Assembly: GCA_016282375.1 (NCBI GenBank)
Contig: JAEEKI010000014.1
Span: 85,791 to 149,790 of the forward strand
DNA length: 64,000 nt
Direction of reading: 5' to 3'
Source of the DNA: Bacillales bacterium
GTDB lineage: Bacteria > Bacillota_I > Bacilli_A > RF39 > UBA660
The notes beneath the pieces were generated by a model. It did not search any database, was not told the DNA's origin, and saw only the letters and a program-made list of their open reading frames with translations. Each line of letters opens with the position of its first letter. The stretch's first letter is position 1. Made by a program: the position numbers and the translations under genes. Shown piece after piece: positions 47,801 to 55,199 of the stretch.

Positions 47801-50719
47801 AGCCGTATTATTACCACCTGCATAACCATCAAGACCTATTCCAAAAAATAGTTTCTTATTGCTATTGGCTACCCGGTCATAATCACTACCGAAAATAGTT
47901 GTTTCATTAAAAGTATAACTAGTCGTAGAACTACTCATCCTACCACTATGGTAGGCAAAATAGTTTCCGCTTTCAATAATTACTCTAAATAATCCCGATG
48001 GACTTGAGCCATAAGCACCACCATAGATACCACCAACCGAAAGATAAGATGCCCCATCGTAAGGAGTAACATTTCGACCTATCTTAAAGTTATGGGAACT
48101 TACAAATATGCCACCATAACTAGTGTAGTTAGTTGAATCATAACCTAACGCATAATTCTTATTGCCATCATTATTTAAATTAGTATTTGGTCCATCAATT
48201 CGAATGTTTTCAATTCTAATATCACCCGGTATTGTCCATCTTGAAGTATTAATCGTTATCGTTCCACTAGCTGTTGTACCATTAATAGATGTTCCTGTGA
48301 GAGTATATGGTCTATTCGTATTTAAATTTGAATAACTTACAGTACCAGTTATCCGCACGATATTCATGTCTCTCGTAACTAAGTAGTAATAGTTTTCTCC
48401 ACCTATTACTTCATTATTAGCATCTTCCTCGATAATAGATATACTATTACCATTGCTTTTAAGCATTTCATCATTGTAATGAATTAATTTATAAGCTGTT
48501 GTACAACCACTTGTACTCGTACATAATGTTCCAGATGCATTATAATACATTCCCGTTTGAATCATTGCGGAAGTTGGATTACTTACTTTATAAAAATAGC
48601 CTTGGGTATCATTACCAGTTGGTATATATGATTTTTGTCTTTGAACAGTTTCATTATATGTATATTGACCATCTGGATCATCTAAAAGTTCCATGTAAGT
48701 CGTATTATAAGTATTAATCGTTGTTTCAGTATTACTGTTAGTAGGTCGAAAATTAGCAATAAAGGTTACTGACCCACCGTTATATTTTGTTCCGGCAACA
48801 ATAGCCGTAGTATTAGGCGAAAAAACATAACAGGTTGTATTCCGCCTACATCTTGTTCGGCTAGAATTGTAGTAATATGTTCCACTGTTTCGATTCGTAC
48901 GATAAAAACTACCAGCAGGCATGTAACCATCTTGGTCATCACCTCTAACATATTGACGGACAAATTCCATTTGCGTATAGTTTTGTCGCCAAAAATAACT
49001 CGCATGATGAACTATTATTTCTGGTACTGTATATCCTGTTGATACCATCGTCATCGAATTTAAATCCGTAATGTCATAATAAGAAGTTACAACATTCGCT
49101 TCATACCAAGTAGCATTTAAATGAATTACGACTTCACTACCACCATCAATTGGTACTTGCATGTATCTTGTATAATCATCGGTATTAAGACTAAACTTAG
49201 CTGCATCACATACACCAGTAGTCGTATCCTCTTCTTGATTACATACCCAGCCATTAAAACCATATTCTACAGGATTTACATAAGGTCTTTTGCTAAATGG
49301 ATTATCAATAAGTTCAATATTGATATAATTATTACCATCACTATCTGTGGCAAGGGTTCCATTACTGTTTCTTTCTAATGGATAATATTTAAAATAAACA
49401 TATTTATAAGAGTTTTCACTATTGATTGGTGATACTCTTCCTACCAAGGATGAATTATTAATATCCGTTCCATCAAATATTAGTTCAACTTTAACTAAAT
49501 ACTCTGGATCATAATAATGTGTGCTATTACCACTAGGAAGACTAGTATTTCTAACTTCTGTATAATTAAGACCCGTTAAATAATTTAAATCACTTGTTAA
49601 ATCATTAACATAGACAATATTATTTGCTATACCACTAGCGTGTTCATTAATTGTACTTCGTTTAGTACCACCCTTCGGAGCATTAACTTTTTTTTGAGCA
49701 TCAACACCATTATTAATAATTCTAAATTCTCCGTTGTCATATTTCCAAACTAAATCACTGTTATCATTAAAGGATTTAACAACATATTCTAAATCTCTTT
49801 GATTATTAAAAATAATATCATCTTTTTCAATACTATATTCGTAAATATCATACTTTTGTGTATAATCAAATTCATCGACTAAAGAAAGATTACTTGATTC
49901 AAACATAATATTTTTAAGACTACTACCATTAAATTTATCTAATAAAATATTGGTGCTTTCAATATTACTATTACCTGAAATATTAATATTTTCAATGTTA
50001 TTTGCACCATTATCATTAAGAATAAACAAAGATGATTTTAATAAATCTTTATCACCATTATATGCTATTTCAACATTGCTAAGATTAATATTTGTAAGAT
50101 TACTTTCTTCAACCTCTCTAAATAAACTGGCATCAATATTAACAAGAGCATTTTCTATTTCAGATGGTTCTTCATTTTCGTCTTCTTTTTTGACTTCTTC
50201 ATTACTTGGAGTAAGCATTTTATCATTAACATCTAAAGTAATATCTTTAAAATTAATGTTTTTAATTTCAGCATTATATAACGAAGATAGTAAACTAAAA
50301 CTAGCTGATTTATCTTCTAAATCAGTGTAATAACTACTAATCTTAAAATTAGATATGGTATATCCTCCACCATTTAGTGTCCCACTGAATTGTTTATTAT
50401 CACTCGCAAAGAAAAATTCTTGGCCATTAAGATCAATATTATTATCTATTTCATAATACTTATTAAAGTAATCAGATGAATTATCACCATTTATAAGTTG
50501 AAAGAAATATGCTAGTTCACTACCATCTTTAATGATATAGGGATTATCACTGGTTCCATTACCACTAGCAAAAGATTTAGCAATTGTTCCATCCCATATA
50601 GATGAAGTTCTTTTTTCTGAATAAGTAATTTTAGATGCAAACCAAAACGAAAGAAGAATGACTAGCACTCCCGTTAATAGTATTATCTTTTTATAATGCT
50701 TTTTTACTACTTTCTTCAT
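41822..50719 (-). CDS. giant (2965 aa) N-terminally anchored surface protein with ~1000-aa YGG(G/S)N beta-helix repeat core
   Basis: Single 8.9-kb ORF. N-terminal TM helix. GNGTSDNPYIIKDG...FSGTLNGGGYTISNF head module. Tens of ~20-aa repeats (TNIYGGSNQSGNV...). Ig-like C-terminal third. No LPXTG motif. Confidence 0.85.
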   Translation of the reverse strand: MKKVVKKHYKKIILLTGVLVILLSFWFASKITYSEKRTSSIWDGTIAKSFASGNGTSDNPYIIKDGSELAYFFQLINGDNSSDYFNKYYEIDNNIDLNGQEFFFASDNKQFSGTLNGGGYTISNFKISSYYTDLEDKSASFSLLSSLYNAEIKNINFKDITLDVNDKMLTPSNEEVKKEDENEEPSEIENALVNIDASLFREVEESNLTNINLSNVEIAYNGDKDLLKSSLFILNDNGANNIENINISGNSNIESTNILLDKFNGSSLKNIMFESSNLSLVDEFDYTQKYDIYEYSIEKDDIIFNNQRDLEYVVKSFNDNSDLVWKYDNGEFRIINNGVDAQKKVNAPKGGTKRSTINEHASGIANNIVYVNDLTSDLNYLTGLNYTEVRNTSLPSGNSTHYYDPEYLVKVELIFDGTDINNSSLVGRVSPINSENSYKYVYFKYYPLERNSNGTLATDSDGNNYINIELIDNPFSKRPYVNPVEYGFNGWVCNQEEDTTTGVCDAAKFSLNTDDYTRYMQVPIDGGSEVVIHLNATWYEANVVTSYYDITDLNSMTMVSTGYTVPEIIVHHASYFWRQNYTQMEFVRQYVRGDDQDGYMPAGSFYRTNRNSGTYYYNSSRTRCRRNTTCYVFSPNTTAIVAGTKYNGGSVTFIANFRPTNSNTETTINTYNTTYMELLDDPDGQYTYNETVQRQKSYIPTGNDTQGYFYKVSNPTSAMIQTGMYYNASGTLCTSTSGCTTAYKLIHYNDEMLKSNGNSISIIEEDANNEVIGGENYYYLVTRDMNIVRITGTVSYSNLNTNRPYTLTGTSINGTTASGTITINTSRWTIPGDIRIENIRIDGPNTNLNNDGNKNYALGYDSTNYTSYGGIFVSSHNFKIGRNVTPYDGASYLSVGGIYGGAYGSSPSGLFRVIIESGNYFAYHSGRMSSSTTSYTFNETTIFGSDYDRVANSNKKLFFGIGLDGYAGGNNTAGSASIFMSYNIVKSGTFGYNYDDTPNTDDTAGLYIGARASTYANSITGAKIEGGNINTIVGGYGYNGSATTNSTFIGMSGGTVRSIYGGAGHSTTKGNRIICVTGGTVTYSVLGGSNSFESGYTDDGVLQGSTLVYVGGNVTVGGGTGKLYGVESGTVFGAGGGDTSSTEKGTVYNSHVIINGGTINTAVYGGGNYGSTGTVYNNTSTAKIEVFSGNVGSIYGGSRSADFGVSNYQTSSLIDIDVSGGTIGNIYGGSNRHGTIYGNIDVAVTGGTITGNVYGGGKGGAEPATPDDPATDGTFTTNGVTVTIGDASTGPTINGSVYGGSAFGSVNATNRGNVSVTVNKGTITNSVFGGGQGESTHTPIVNGNINVTVNGGTVGKVFGGHDQAGSHTKQNEVHLNGGTITDVFGGGNKSSVTTTHVYLSGATTTNVYGGSNTSGSVTTANVNISSGSATTVYGGNNEGGTCGTTNVEVTGGSIGTIYGGGNLVSTTTTNIDVYNHTGTITAIYGGGNNAGATTTNVDLHTRSGSNNIVVTNLYGGSNQSGNVSTSNVTVDKGTITTLYGGNNAGGKTVETNIIVNGGTITTAYGGGNVAVSDDTNITVNGGTFNTIYGGGNQAAITNDTNVEINNGTVTNTVFGGGNAGNVGGDADVTINGGTFNTIYGGGNQAAIANDTTVEINNGTINGSVFGGGNAGNVNGDTYVTINNVSNTLSAVYGGGNQAGATTTHITVPSTANVVITNIYGGSNQSGNVTTTNTNVAGGTVTNVYGGNNQGGVSSTTNVTIDGGSLTNIFGGGNLASVGATNITVNAGTASNIYGGGNRAGATTTNVTLPSSSTGTVTNIYGGSNQSGNVTTTNITTNGGTITDIYGGNNAGGVSSTTNVTVGGSTVSNVYGGGNLAAVGSTNVTINSGTISNSVYGGGNLAAVNNNTSLKIFGGTINVNAYGGGNDGATSGNTNVVINNGTIHGSAYGGGNGSNATVLGNTNITVGGTTTIGTASCVVKSQCSLFGGGNAAFTGDSVTNNSYSNVKVLGATIYGNVYGGANTSVVYGGTTVDIGADVATTAESTRGTVDIRGTVFGGGEANASGSENYDWHFVGVTSSIAVNINALNYNNFDILGSIFGSGNASTTTGTSTINIKNYGTFSNPKHNVSIQRTDLLVIDNSALTLSGATDRTNEYSDVLFTLSIIEELDLKNNSTLFLETGANALQSYKSLTSTGALATVEIDDTNHTVQKNVDNRIYMYGANNKVLNIANETLSSYGNVYGMTFFGLFKYGANNSVVVGIYDDYDYGDHVDLNSGMFTTGSYVLGAHKTDHDITADGFYSNFVDAEGVNTVKYIEPTPADAPMYMWIVGEYVQTYEVNLVASKYSTLGAVELPLIDYTVPNTTFEIMRVDFTGLESGVQVISKNSIPKVSSNLATVDKTIGLSMETSNSGWLTVGSTSFYSNTTPQIQGLHSYVGENSTNVPSLQFYLYHSKNIQTAGSIGTIQIMLRVTSRIDDLTTDPETLIINVNISRILFTTNDYEASLTAGRKYDLFISSPTKISSKSSISAYFSLYAQDQNVYGNGYHRALVSNIALPENTKITMIDLSMDDAKYYYHVITAAEVANAENQISFHGEASYNLSMFEVMGAFNSGVLYNDALKNAEYYRQIGDYCQEEFIFIIDFDDTEFEDDSLDNYLLFELQDGNNQTIVSVLGIQEANMYYDVYDGLDAVIDINGTISSNTIYSGETVTLNLQTNYTQSSVGTNVIYDTHMFDSKVGLKLTLFNSQGNVVSGVSMLGLTYEINEVNYSPSIDGTTRIKIADHVGNIQTWIKVKTGTSSFTTGNYVLRVESFGSPDGIYYGVETSDYIDFPIYIVNEIYGLDVEIANKDMIVYKDTGYTLNNSNNVTCTISYNSGLTNPSIRIKMLRRKYDMETTTEYEAVDITDYVSNTFLATANANEYLILNNPTATTTLNLTMKDDLTPGTYRLDFMLYDNSSLIGTVEKYIIIK
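44400..47600 (-). repeat. coding tandem repeats (~60-66 nt period, YGG(G/S)N units) inside the giant gene
   Basis: Visible periodicity of ccaccaccata/ccaccgccaaa motifs. Many alternative-frame ORFs in the track arise here. Confidence 0.8.
45677..45982 (-). repeat. recent 2 x 153-nt tandem duplication within the repeat core
   Basis: The protein reads NGGTFNTIYGGGNQAAITNDTNVEINNGT... and then NGGTFNTIYGGGNQAAIANDTTVEINNGT... exactly 51 aa later. Confidence 0.8.
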
Positions 50720-50785
50720 CTATACTATCCTACGTATATCATTATAACATAAGACAGTCAATTGATAAAGAAGATGATGATGAAT

Positions 50786-51478
50786 TTATTTTCTTAAATC
50801 AATAGGTCTTCTTACTCTTTTAAGTTCTTGTTCCATAGCATTTATTTTTTCTAAGGCATTATCCCCACGTAAATGCATAAAATATTGTAAGTCTTCGCCA
50901 TAATCTTCAAAAATATTTCGTAAAAGGCAAAATAATTCTCTATAATTTTTATTACGAATCTCTTCGATACTTTTGGTAGAAAGATGATAAAAATCCGGAT
51001 CAATTAAAACAATTCCTTGTCTTTGAATAATTGCATTTTCTATTTTCGTATCTTCCATAATAATATGCTTATGGGATATTATTTCTACAAGTTCTTTCAA
51101 TTCTTCAATATTTGTAAGTAAATAACTAGAGTTTTCTAAAAGTGGATTTATATCATCCGTTTGATAGAACTTAGCTGTATATCCATCCATAACAAAAGAA
51201 TTCTTGCCTCTTAAATAATCATTATGTTTTTGTTCATAATCAGTATCCGATAAAAGAGTAAATATTTCATATAATTCCATAAGATGTTTATTTTTTATGG
51301 CGCTTAATAATTCAAATACTTCATCGGTAATAGCATATTGGGTACCAACCCAGTACTTTTTTATAATGAGATCTAAATAACGATAAATATATGCATTAGT
51401 TATAACTAGTCGATTAATTCTTTCAACTTTTCGTAAATCAATATCTAATCTATTTAAAGACTTACTATATAAATTCAT
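50786..51478 (-). CDS. hypothetical cytoplasmic protein
   Basis: ORF with a GGGGG RBS before the ATG at 51478. No recognisable motifs. Confidence 0.45.
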   Translation of the reverse strand: MNLYSKSLNRLDIDLRKVERINRLVITNAYIYRYLDLIIKKYWVGTQYAITDEVFELLSAIKNKHLMELYEIFTLLSDTDYEQKHNDYLRGKNSFVMDGYTAKFYQTDDINPLLENSSYLLTNIEELKELVEIISHKHIIMEDTKIENAIIQRQGIVLIDPDFYHLSTKSIEEIRNKNYRELFCLLRNIFEDYGEDLQYFMHLRGDNALEKINAMEQELKRVRRPIDLRK

Positions 51479-51534
51479 TTCAACCCCCAAAATTACTGGA
51501 TATTATAACCGAAAAAGCCTCAAAATGCAAATTA

Positions 51535-52317
51535 TTATATTAATCCCCATTCTGCTAATTTTTCAAAACCGCCTATTTTTTCAATATATTCTTTAGCTTC
51601 AGCAACTATTTCACTATATGCTTTACCATCGATTACTTCATCACCTATAGCGCAGCTTAGTTCAATTATTTTATTTTCTTCTTGGGCTTTTTTAAATGCA
51701 TAAATATTAATTGCTACATCTGCCTTGGATAAGTCTTTGCCATGTAACCCGCCACCTGTAATGCTTTGTCCCATATCAGAACCTAGTTTACGATTTGTAG
51801 CTCCTGAATCAACGTTTGTTCCGCCCGTCCAATATCCTAAGGGATTAATATATGCATCGGGATATAAAGTTAATAAATCTTCTTTTTGGACATTACTTTG
51901 GCAAATAATAAATCTTTTACCATCTAAAATATATTTACCATCATATGGATATTTATCATAAATATCTCGTGCATATTTGGATAGTAGTTTTTCTTCTTTA
52001 CGAAGAGGTACACCTTTAAAAATACCATTATCCCCACATCTTAGTTTATCATTTTGATTATTTGCTAAATGAATATCTTGTTTAACAACCCTTAAATCCA
52101 CAGATACATCGCCGGCAATTCGATGGACAATTTTTTCAATTTCCTTTTTCGTATAATTTTCCGATGTTTCAATAATAATATGACATACACCATGACCTAT
52201 TAAAACCTCCACAGCTATTTTTGGATTATCATTTTTTTCATAACCAAGATCCACAATAGCGCCCGCGATACGATCAGCTATTTTGTCTGGATGACTTGGA
52301 TTTACTTTTTCAAACAT
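51535..52317 (-). CDS. metK: compact S-adenosylmethionine synthetase homologue (260 aa)
   Basis: NPSHPDKIADRIAGAIVD, CGDNG, INPLGYWTGG..D.G.TNRKL and GGGLHGKDLSKAD are colinear with the MetK motifs (GHPDKIAD, GAGDQG, INPTGRF..GGP.GD.GLTGRK, GGGAFSGKD.SKVD). Preceded by a SAM-I riboswitch. Confidence 0.65.
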   Translation of the reverse strand: MFEKVNPSHPDKIADRIAGAIVDLGYEKNDNPKIAVEVLIGHGVCHIIIETSENYTKKEIEKIVHRIAGDVSVDLRVVKQDIHLANNQNDKLRCGDNGIFKGVPLRKEEKLLSKYARDIYDKYPYDGKYILDGKRFIICQSNVQKEDLLTLYPDAYINPLGYWTGGTNVDSGATNRKLGSDMGQSITGGGLHGKDLSKADVAINIYAFKKAQEENKIIELSCAIGDEVIDGKAYSEIVAEAKEYIEKIGGFEKLAEWGLI

Positions 52318-52398
52318 TTTATTACTTCCTTTCTTATTGATGTTTTAAAGTATAATAGTTATATTATTAAGTCATAAACTATCCTTTCTAACATCTCA

Positions 52399-52526
52399 TA
52401 AAAAAAAATACTCAAGATAACTCTTGAGTATTAAAAAGTTATCTTATAGATCTAGCATTACCACCTAATCCAATAGGTTGGTGTGACTTCATCGGGCTAG
52501 TCCCTCCATCACTCTTTATAAGATGT
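52399..52526 (-). promoter_or_regulatory. SAM-I (S-box) riboswitch with intrinsic terminator
   Basis: The minus strand reads UCUUAUAAAGAGUGAUGGAGGGACUAGCCCGAUGAAGUC...CCAACC...GGUGGUAAUGCUAGAUCUAUAAGA. It is followed by the hairpin AUACUCAAGA/UCUUGAGUAU plus a U9 run, about 80 nt upstream of the metK-like start. Confidence 0.8.
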
Positions 52527-52598
52527 TATCTTAATTTTAATATATTTATTAAATGATAGCAATAGTTTTAATTTAGTATTTTATTAAAGTATTTATCT

Positions 52599-53171
52599 CT
52601 ATTGAATGTCTGACATAAAATAATACGATATACTTTTACCTTCATATGTAGCATTTATTTTAAATATATATAATCCCTTAATATTAGGAATAATAATATA
52701 TTCATTAGTATATTCAATATCTATGTCAACATCTTCTTTTAAATTATAATCAAATAGTTCAATTGTTTTAATAATACCATCTAAATTATCTATATATAGT
52801 TTATCATTGTGATGTGATGATATTACATCATAATTAAAATCTTCAAAAGCAATTTTATCGATACAAGAACCTTGTTCATAGCAAAAAGATCCGGTAATAG
52901 CCTTTATGGTTTGACTATTAGATTTAATATCAATTACATGTTCGTAAATAATGTCTAAATTATGACTTGCAATATCTATTCCTAAAATCTTGAGTCCCCA
53001 GCCATCCTCATATCCTGTTGGGGAATTGTTATTTAATCGATGAATTTTCGTATATGTATATAAGATAGCTTTATATTCAATTGAACCGCCATCTTTTAAG
53101 TGCATAGGTATTGGTATTAACATTAGAATAAAAATGAAAATTATAATAAGTATTATTGTTTTCTTTTTCAT
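52599..53171 (-). CDS. hypothetical secreted or membrane-anchored protein
   Basis: N-terminus MKKKTIILIIIFIFILMLIPIP. Confidence 0.5.
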   Translation of the reverse strand: MKKKTIILIIIFIFILMLIPIPMHLKDGGSIEYKAILYTYTKIHRLNNNSPTGYEDGWGLKILGIDIASHNLDIIYEHVIDIKSNSQTIKAITGSFCYEQGSCIDKIAFEDFNYDVISSHHNDKLYIDNLDGIIKTIELFDYNLKEDVDIDIEYTNEYIIIPNIKGLYIFKINATYEGKSISYYFMSDIQ

Positions 53172-53353
53172 ACGGACCTCTAGGATAAGTATAGCATAAA
53201 TAAAGAAAGTTTGAATATTTATTACTGTTTGCTCTCTTCAGGGTGTTCGTAATTTTGGCTATTTGAAGGTTTTGTGATGCATTAAAGCCCTTTAAAATCC
53301 TATAATTTTCCTTTTGGCACCACCAGAAATACATTTGAAACAATGGCTAAAGT

Positions 53354-53375
53354 GTATCTAAAAACGTATCTAAAT
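53354..53375. repeat. direct repeat copy 1 (GTATCTAAAAACGTATCTAAAT)
   Basis: Matches 54907-54927 except for one A in the spacer. Confidence 0.7.
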
Positions 53376-53490
53376 GTAATTTGTTTTGTACTTTGATTTT
53401 TCAAATATTAGTTCATTGTCATTATTCATATCTATCATAAATGTTAATATTCTATTACCTTATTTTGATTTTTCTTACTTAAGATTAATG

Positions 53491-54045
53491 TTACTTGTCG
53501 ATAAATCCATCTATAATCATTTTAAATTCATCAAAACTATTTGCAACTTTAAAATAATTATAGATTGTATCTCGGTTAAAACTCCGTTTAATTAAATCAT
53601 CTATCAATGTTAAAGTTGAATCAAAATGATGATTTTCATTATACACCACTAAAGTTTTGTTAATATCGTTGCTTCTTACCTCTTCTAAATAAGCAAAAAA
53701 TTCAGATATAGTACCTGTACCCCCAGGTAATAATAATACTAAATCAGCATCATTAAAAATATTTTTCTTTAAATCAAAAGTTGTATCAAATATTTTATGA
53801 CTAGCTCTTGGTAAATTATCTATATCATCTGCATATTTTGAAGAGGTATATCCGTATATATGTCTATTATATTTTACAAATTCATTATAACAAATTCCCA
53901 TTATAGAAATAGATCCTGATCCCCAATTTAGATCCCATCCATTTTCAGCTAAATAATCACAAATTTTAATTGCACTTTCTTTATAAACATCATTAATTGA
54001 TTCACTAGATGATGAACTTATTGTTACTCTCATTCTACGTTTCAC
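53491..54045 (-). CDS. LOG/TIGR00730-family Rossmann-fold nucleotide-binding protein
   Basis: WGSGSISIMG and LLLPGGTGTISEF (PGGxGTxxE). Confidence 0.7.
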   Translation of the reverse strand: MKRRMRVTISSSSSESINDVYKESAIKICDYLAENGWDLNWGSGSISIMGICYNEFVKYNRHIYGYTSSKYADDIDNLPRASHKIFDTTFDLKKNIFNDADLVLLLPGGTGTISEFFAYLEEVRSNDINKTLVVYNENHHFDSTLTLIDDLIKRSFNRDTIYNYFKVANSFDEFKMIIDGFIDK

Positions 54046-54091
54046 CTCTATAATTATTTTAACAAAAAAAGTGTGTTATTCACACACCTAA

Positions 54092-54718
54092 TTATAAACT
54101 CTTTAATTGTTGAATACTTTCTGATAGTTCTTTAAAAGAATCATCTGTATAATACCTTCTGTCATATAAAATCCAACCATCACTCGCATTATGTATTCGT
54201 GGAATTATTTCACTTGATAAAGGTTCGCCATAATGTTTAGCATCTTCTAACGCTTTATTTAAATCGAAATTTCCTTCTAAATCATAAATTTTAGCTTGAA
54301 TATCAGATTCTATTTTACCTAATTGATGAACAAAATTAGATTCATTTGAATTTTTTAAATTGTATTCACTTAGCAATGATAATAGTTCACTTTGTTTTAC
54401 TAATCCATCAGTTAATCTAGTTAATGTTTCAACTGCTTGCTTTTCTCTTTCATCAGTAGTAGGACAATCTCTAGTAGTTAATTCTTTTAAAGTTACTTTT
54501 TCTAATTCCTTAACAATTATCATTTTAAAAACTTTTAACAAATCTAAATCTAAATTAGTTTCGCTATCTAATCCTATTGCTAAAATCATACATCCATAAA
54601 TATGTTCAGCTACAGATTCAATCCTATCACTCGATATGTCTACCTCAGACCAGCCATTACGAATTACATTTTTAAGTTTATTAGCAACTAAATAAAATCT
54701 TAAAACTTTTTCAGTCAT
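54092..54718 (-). CDS. HD-domain phosphohydrolase, YfbR-like 5'-nucleotidase family
   Basis: RNGWSEV...ESVAEHIYGCMILA pattern of the HD_3/YfbR family. Confidence 0.65.
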   Translation of the reverse strand: MTEKVLRFYLVANKLKNVIRNGWSEVDISSDRIESVAEHIYGCMILAIGLDSETNLDLDLLKVFKMIIVKELEKVTLKELTTRDCPTTDEREKQAVETLTRLTDGLVKQSELLSLLSEYNLKNSNESNFVHQLGKIESDIQAKIYDLEGNFDLNKALEDAKHYGEPLSSEIIPRIHNASDGWILYDRRYYTDDSFKELSESIQQLKSL

Positions 54719-54876
54719 TGTAAAACTCCCTTTCTTAAAGTATATTCTAGCATAAAATAATGATTATCTCAACCAAAACTCCTAGAAGTAAGCGTAACAT
54801 TCTAAAAATATTAGAACATTATTATTTTATTGTAATTTTTTACAATTTCTTTAAAATTTTATCTTGTAAAACTAAA

Positions 54877-54914
54877 ATTAGATACATTTTAGATAAACAT
54901 CAAAATGTATCTAA
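54877..54914. promoter_or_regulatory. perfect 13-bp inverted repeat (TTAGATACATTTT-N12-AAAATGTATCTAA), operator-like
   Basis: Read directly from the sequence. Lies about 160-195 nt upstream of the HD-domain gene start. Confidence 0.4.
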
Positions 54915-54927
54915 AACGTATCTAAAT
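54907..54927. repeat. direct repeat copy 2 (GTATCTAAAACGTATCTAAAT)
   Basis: Matches 53354-53375. Overlaps the right arm of a 13-bp inverted repeat. Confidence 0.7.
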
Positions 54928-54983
54928 TATATTTTAGTTGTAAAAAAATACAATTTTCTTTGAATTTATTGCAACTTTTAAAC

Positions 54984-55005
54984 AAAAATGAGGCCTTTCG
55001 GCCTC
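54984..55005 (-). terminator. second of two tandem recG-distal terminators (GAAA loop)
   Basis: The minus strand reads CCCCCUGAAG-GAGGCC-GAAA-GGCCUC-AUUUUU. Confidence 0.6.
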
Positions 55006-55034
55006 TTCAGGGGGAAGAGAACATTTTACAACAC

Positions 55035-55061
55035 AAAAAATGCTAAGGCTTTCGCCTTAGC
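55035..55061 (-). terminator. first tandem terminator after recG (GAAA loop)
   Basis: The minus strand reads CCCCCUGAAG-GCUAAGGC-GAAA-GCCUUAGC-AUUUUUU. Confidence 0.6.
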
Positions 55062-55199
55062 TTCAGGGGGTTTTGGTACACACTCTTCACATTATTATGC
55101 GTAAAGAGGTGTATTGATTAGTATAGCATCTCTACTATACTAATCTAATGATATTATAATTTTTTTTAAAAATCAATAATATCAAATACACTTTACACT

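Noticed and set aside
53077-53343. 88-aa minus-strand ORF overlapping the start of the 190-aa gene
   Set aside because: It is out of frame with a better-supported signal-peptide gene, has an odd composition and has no RBS.
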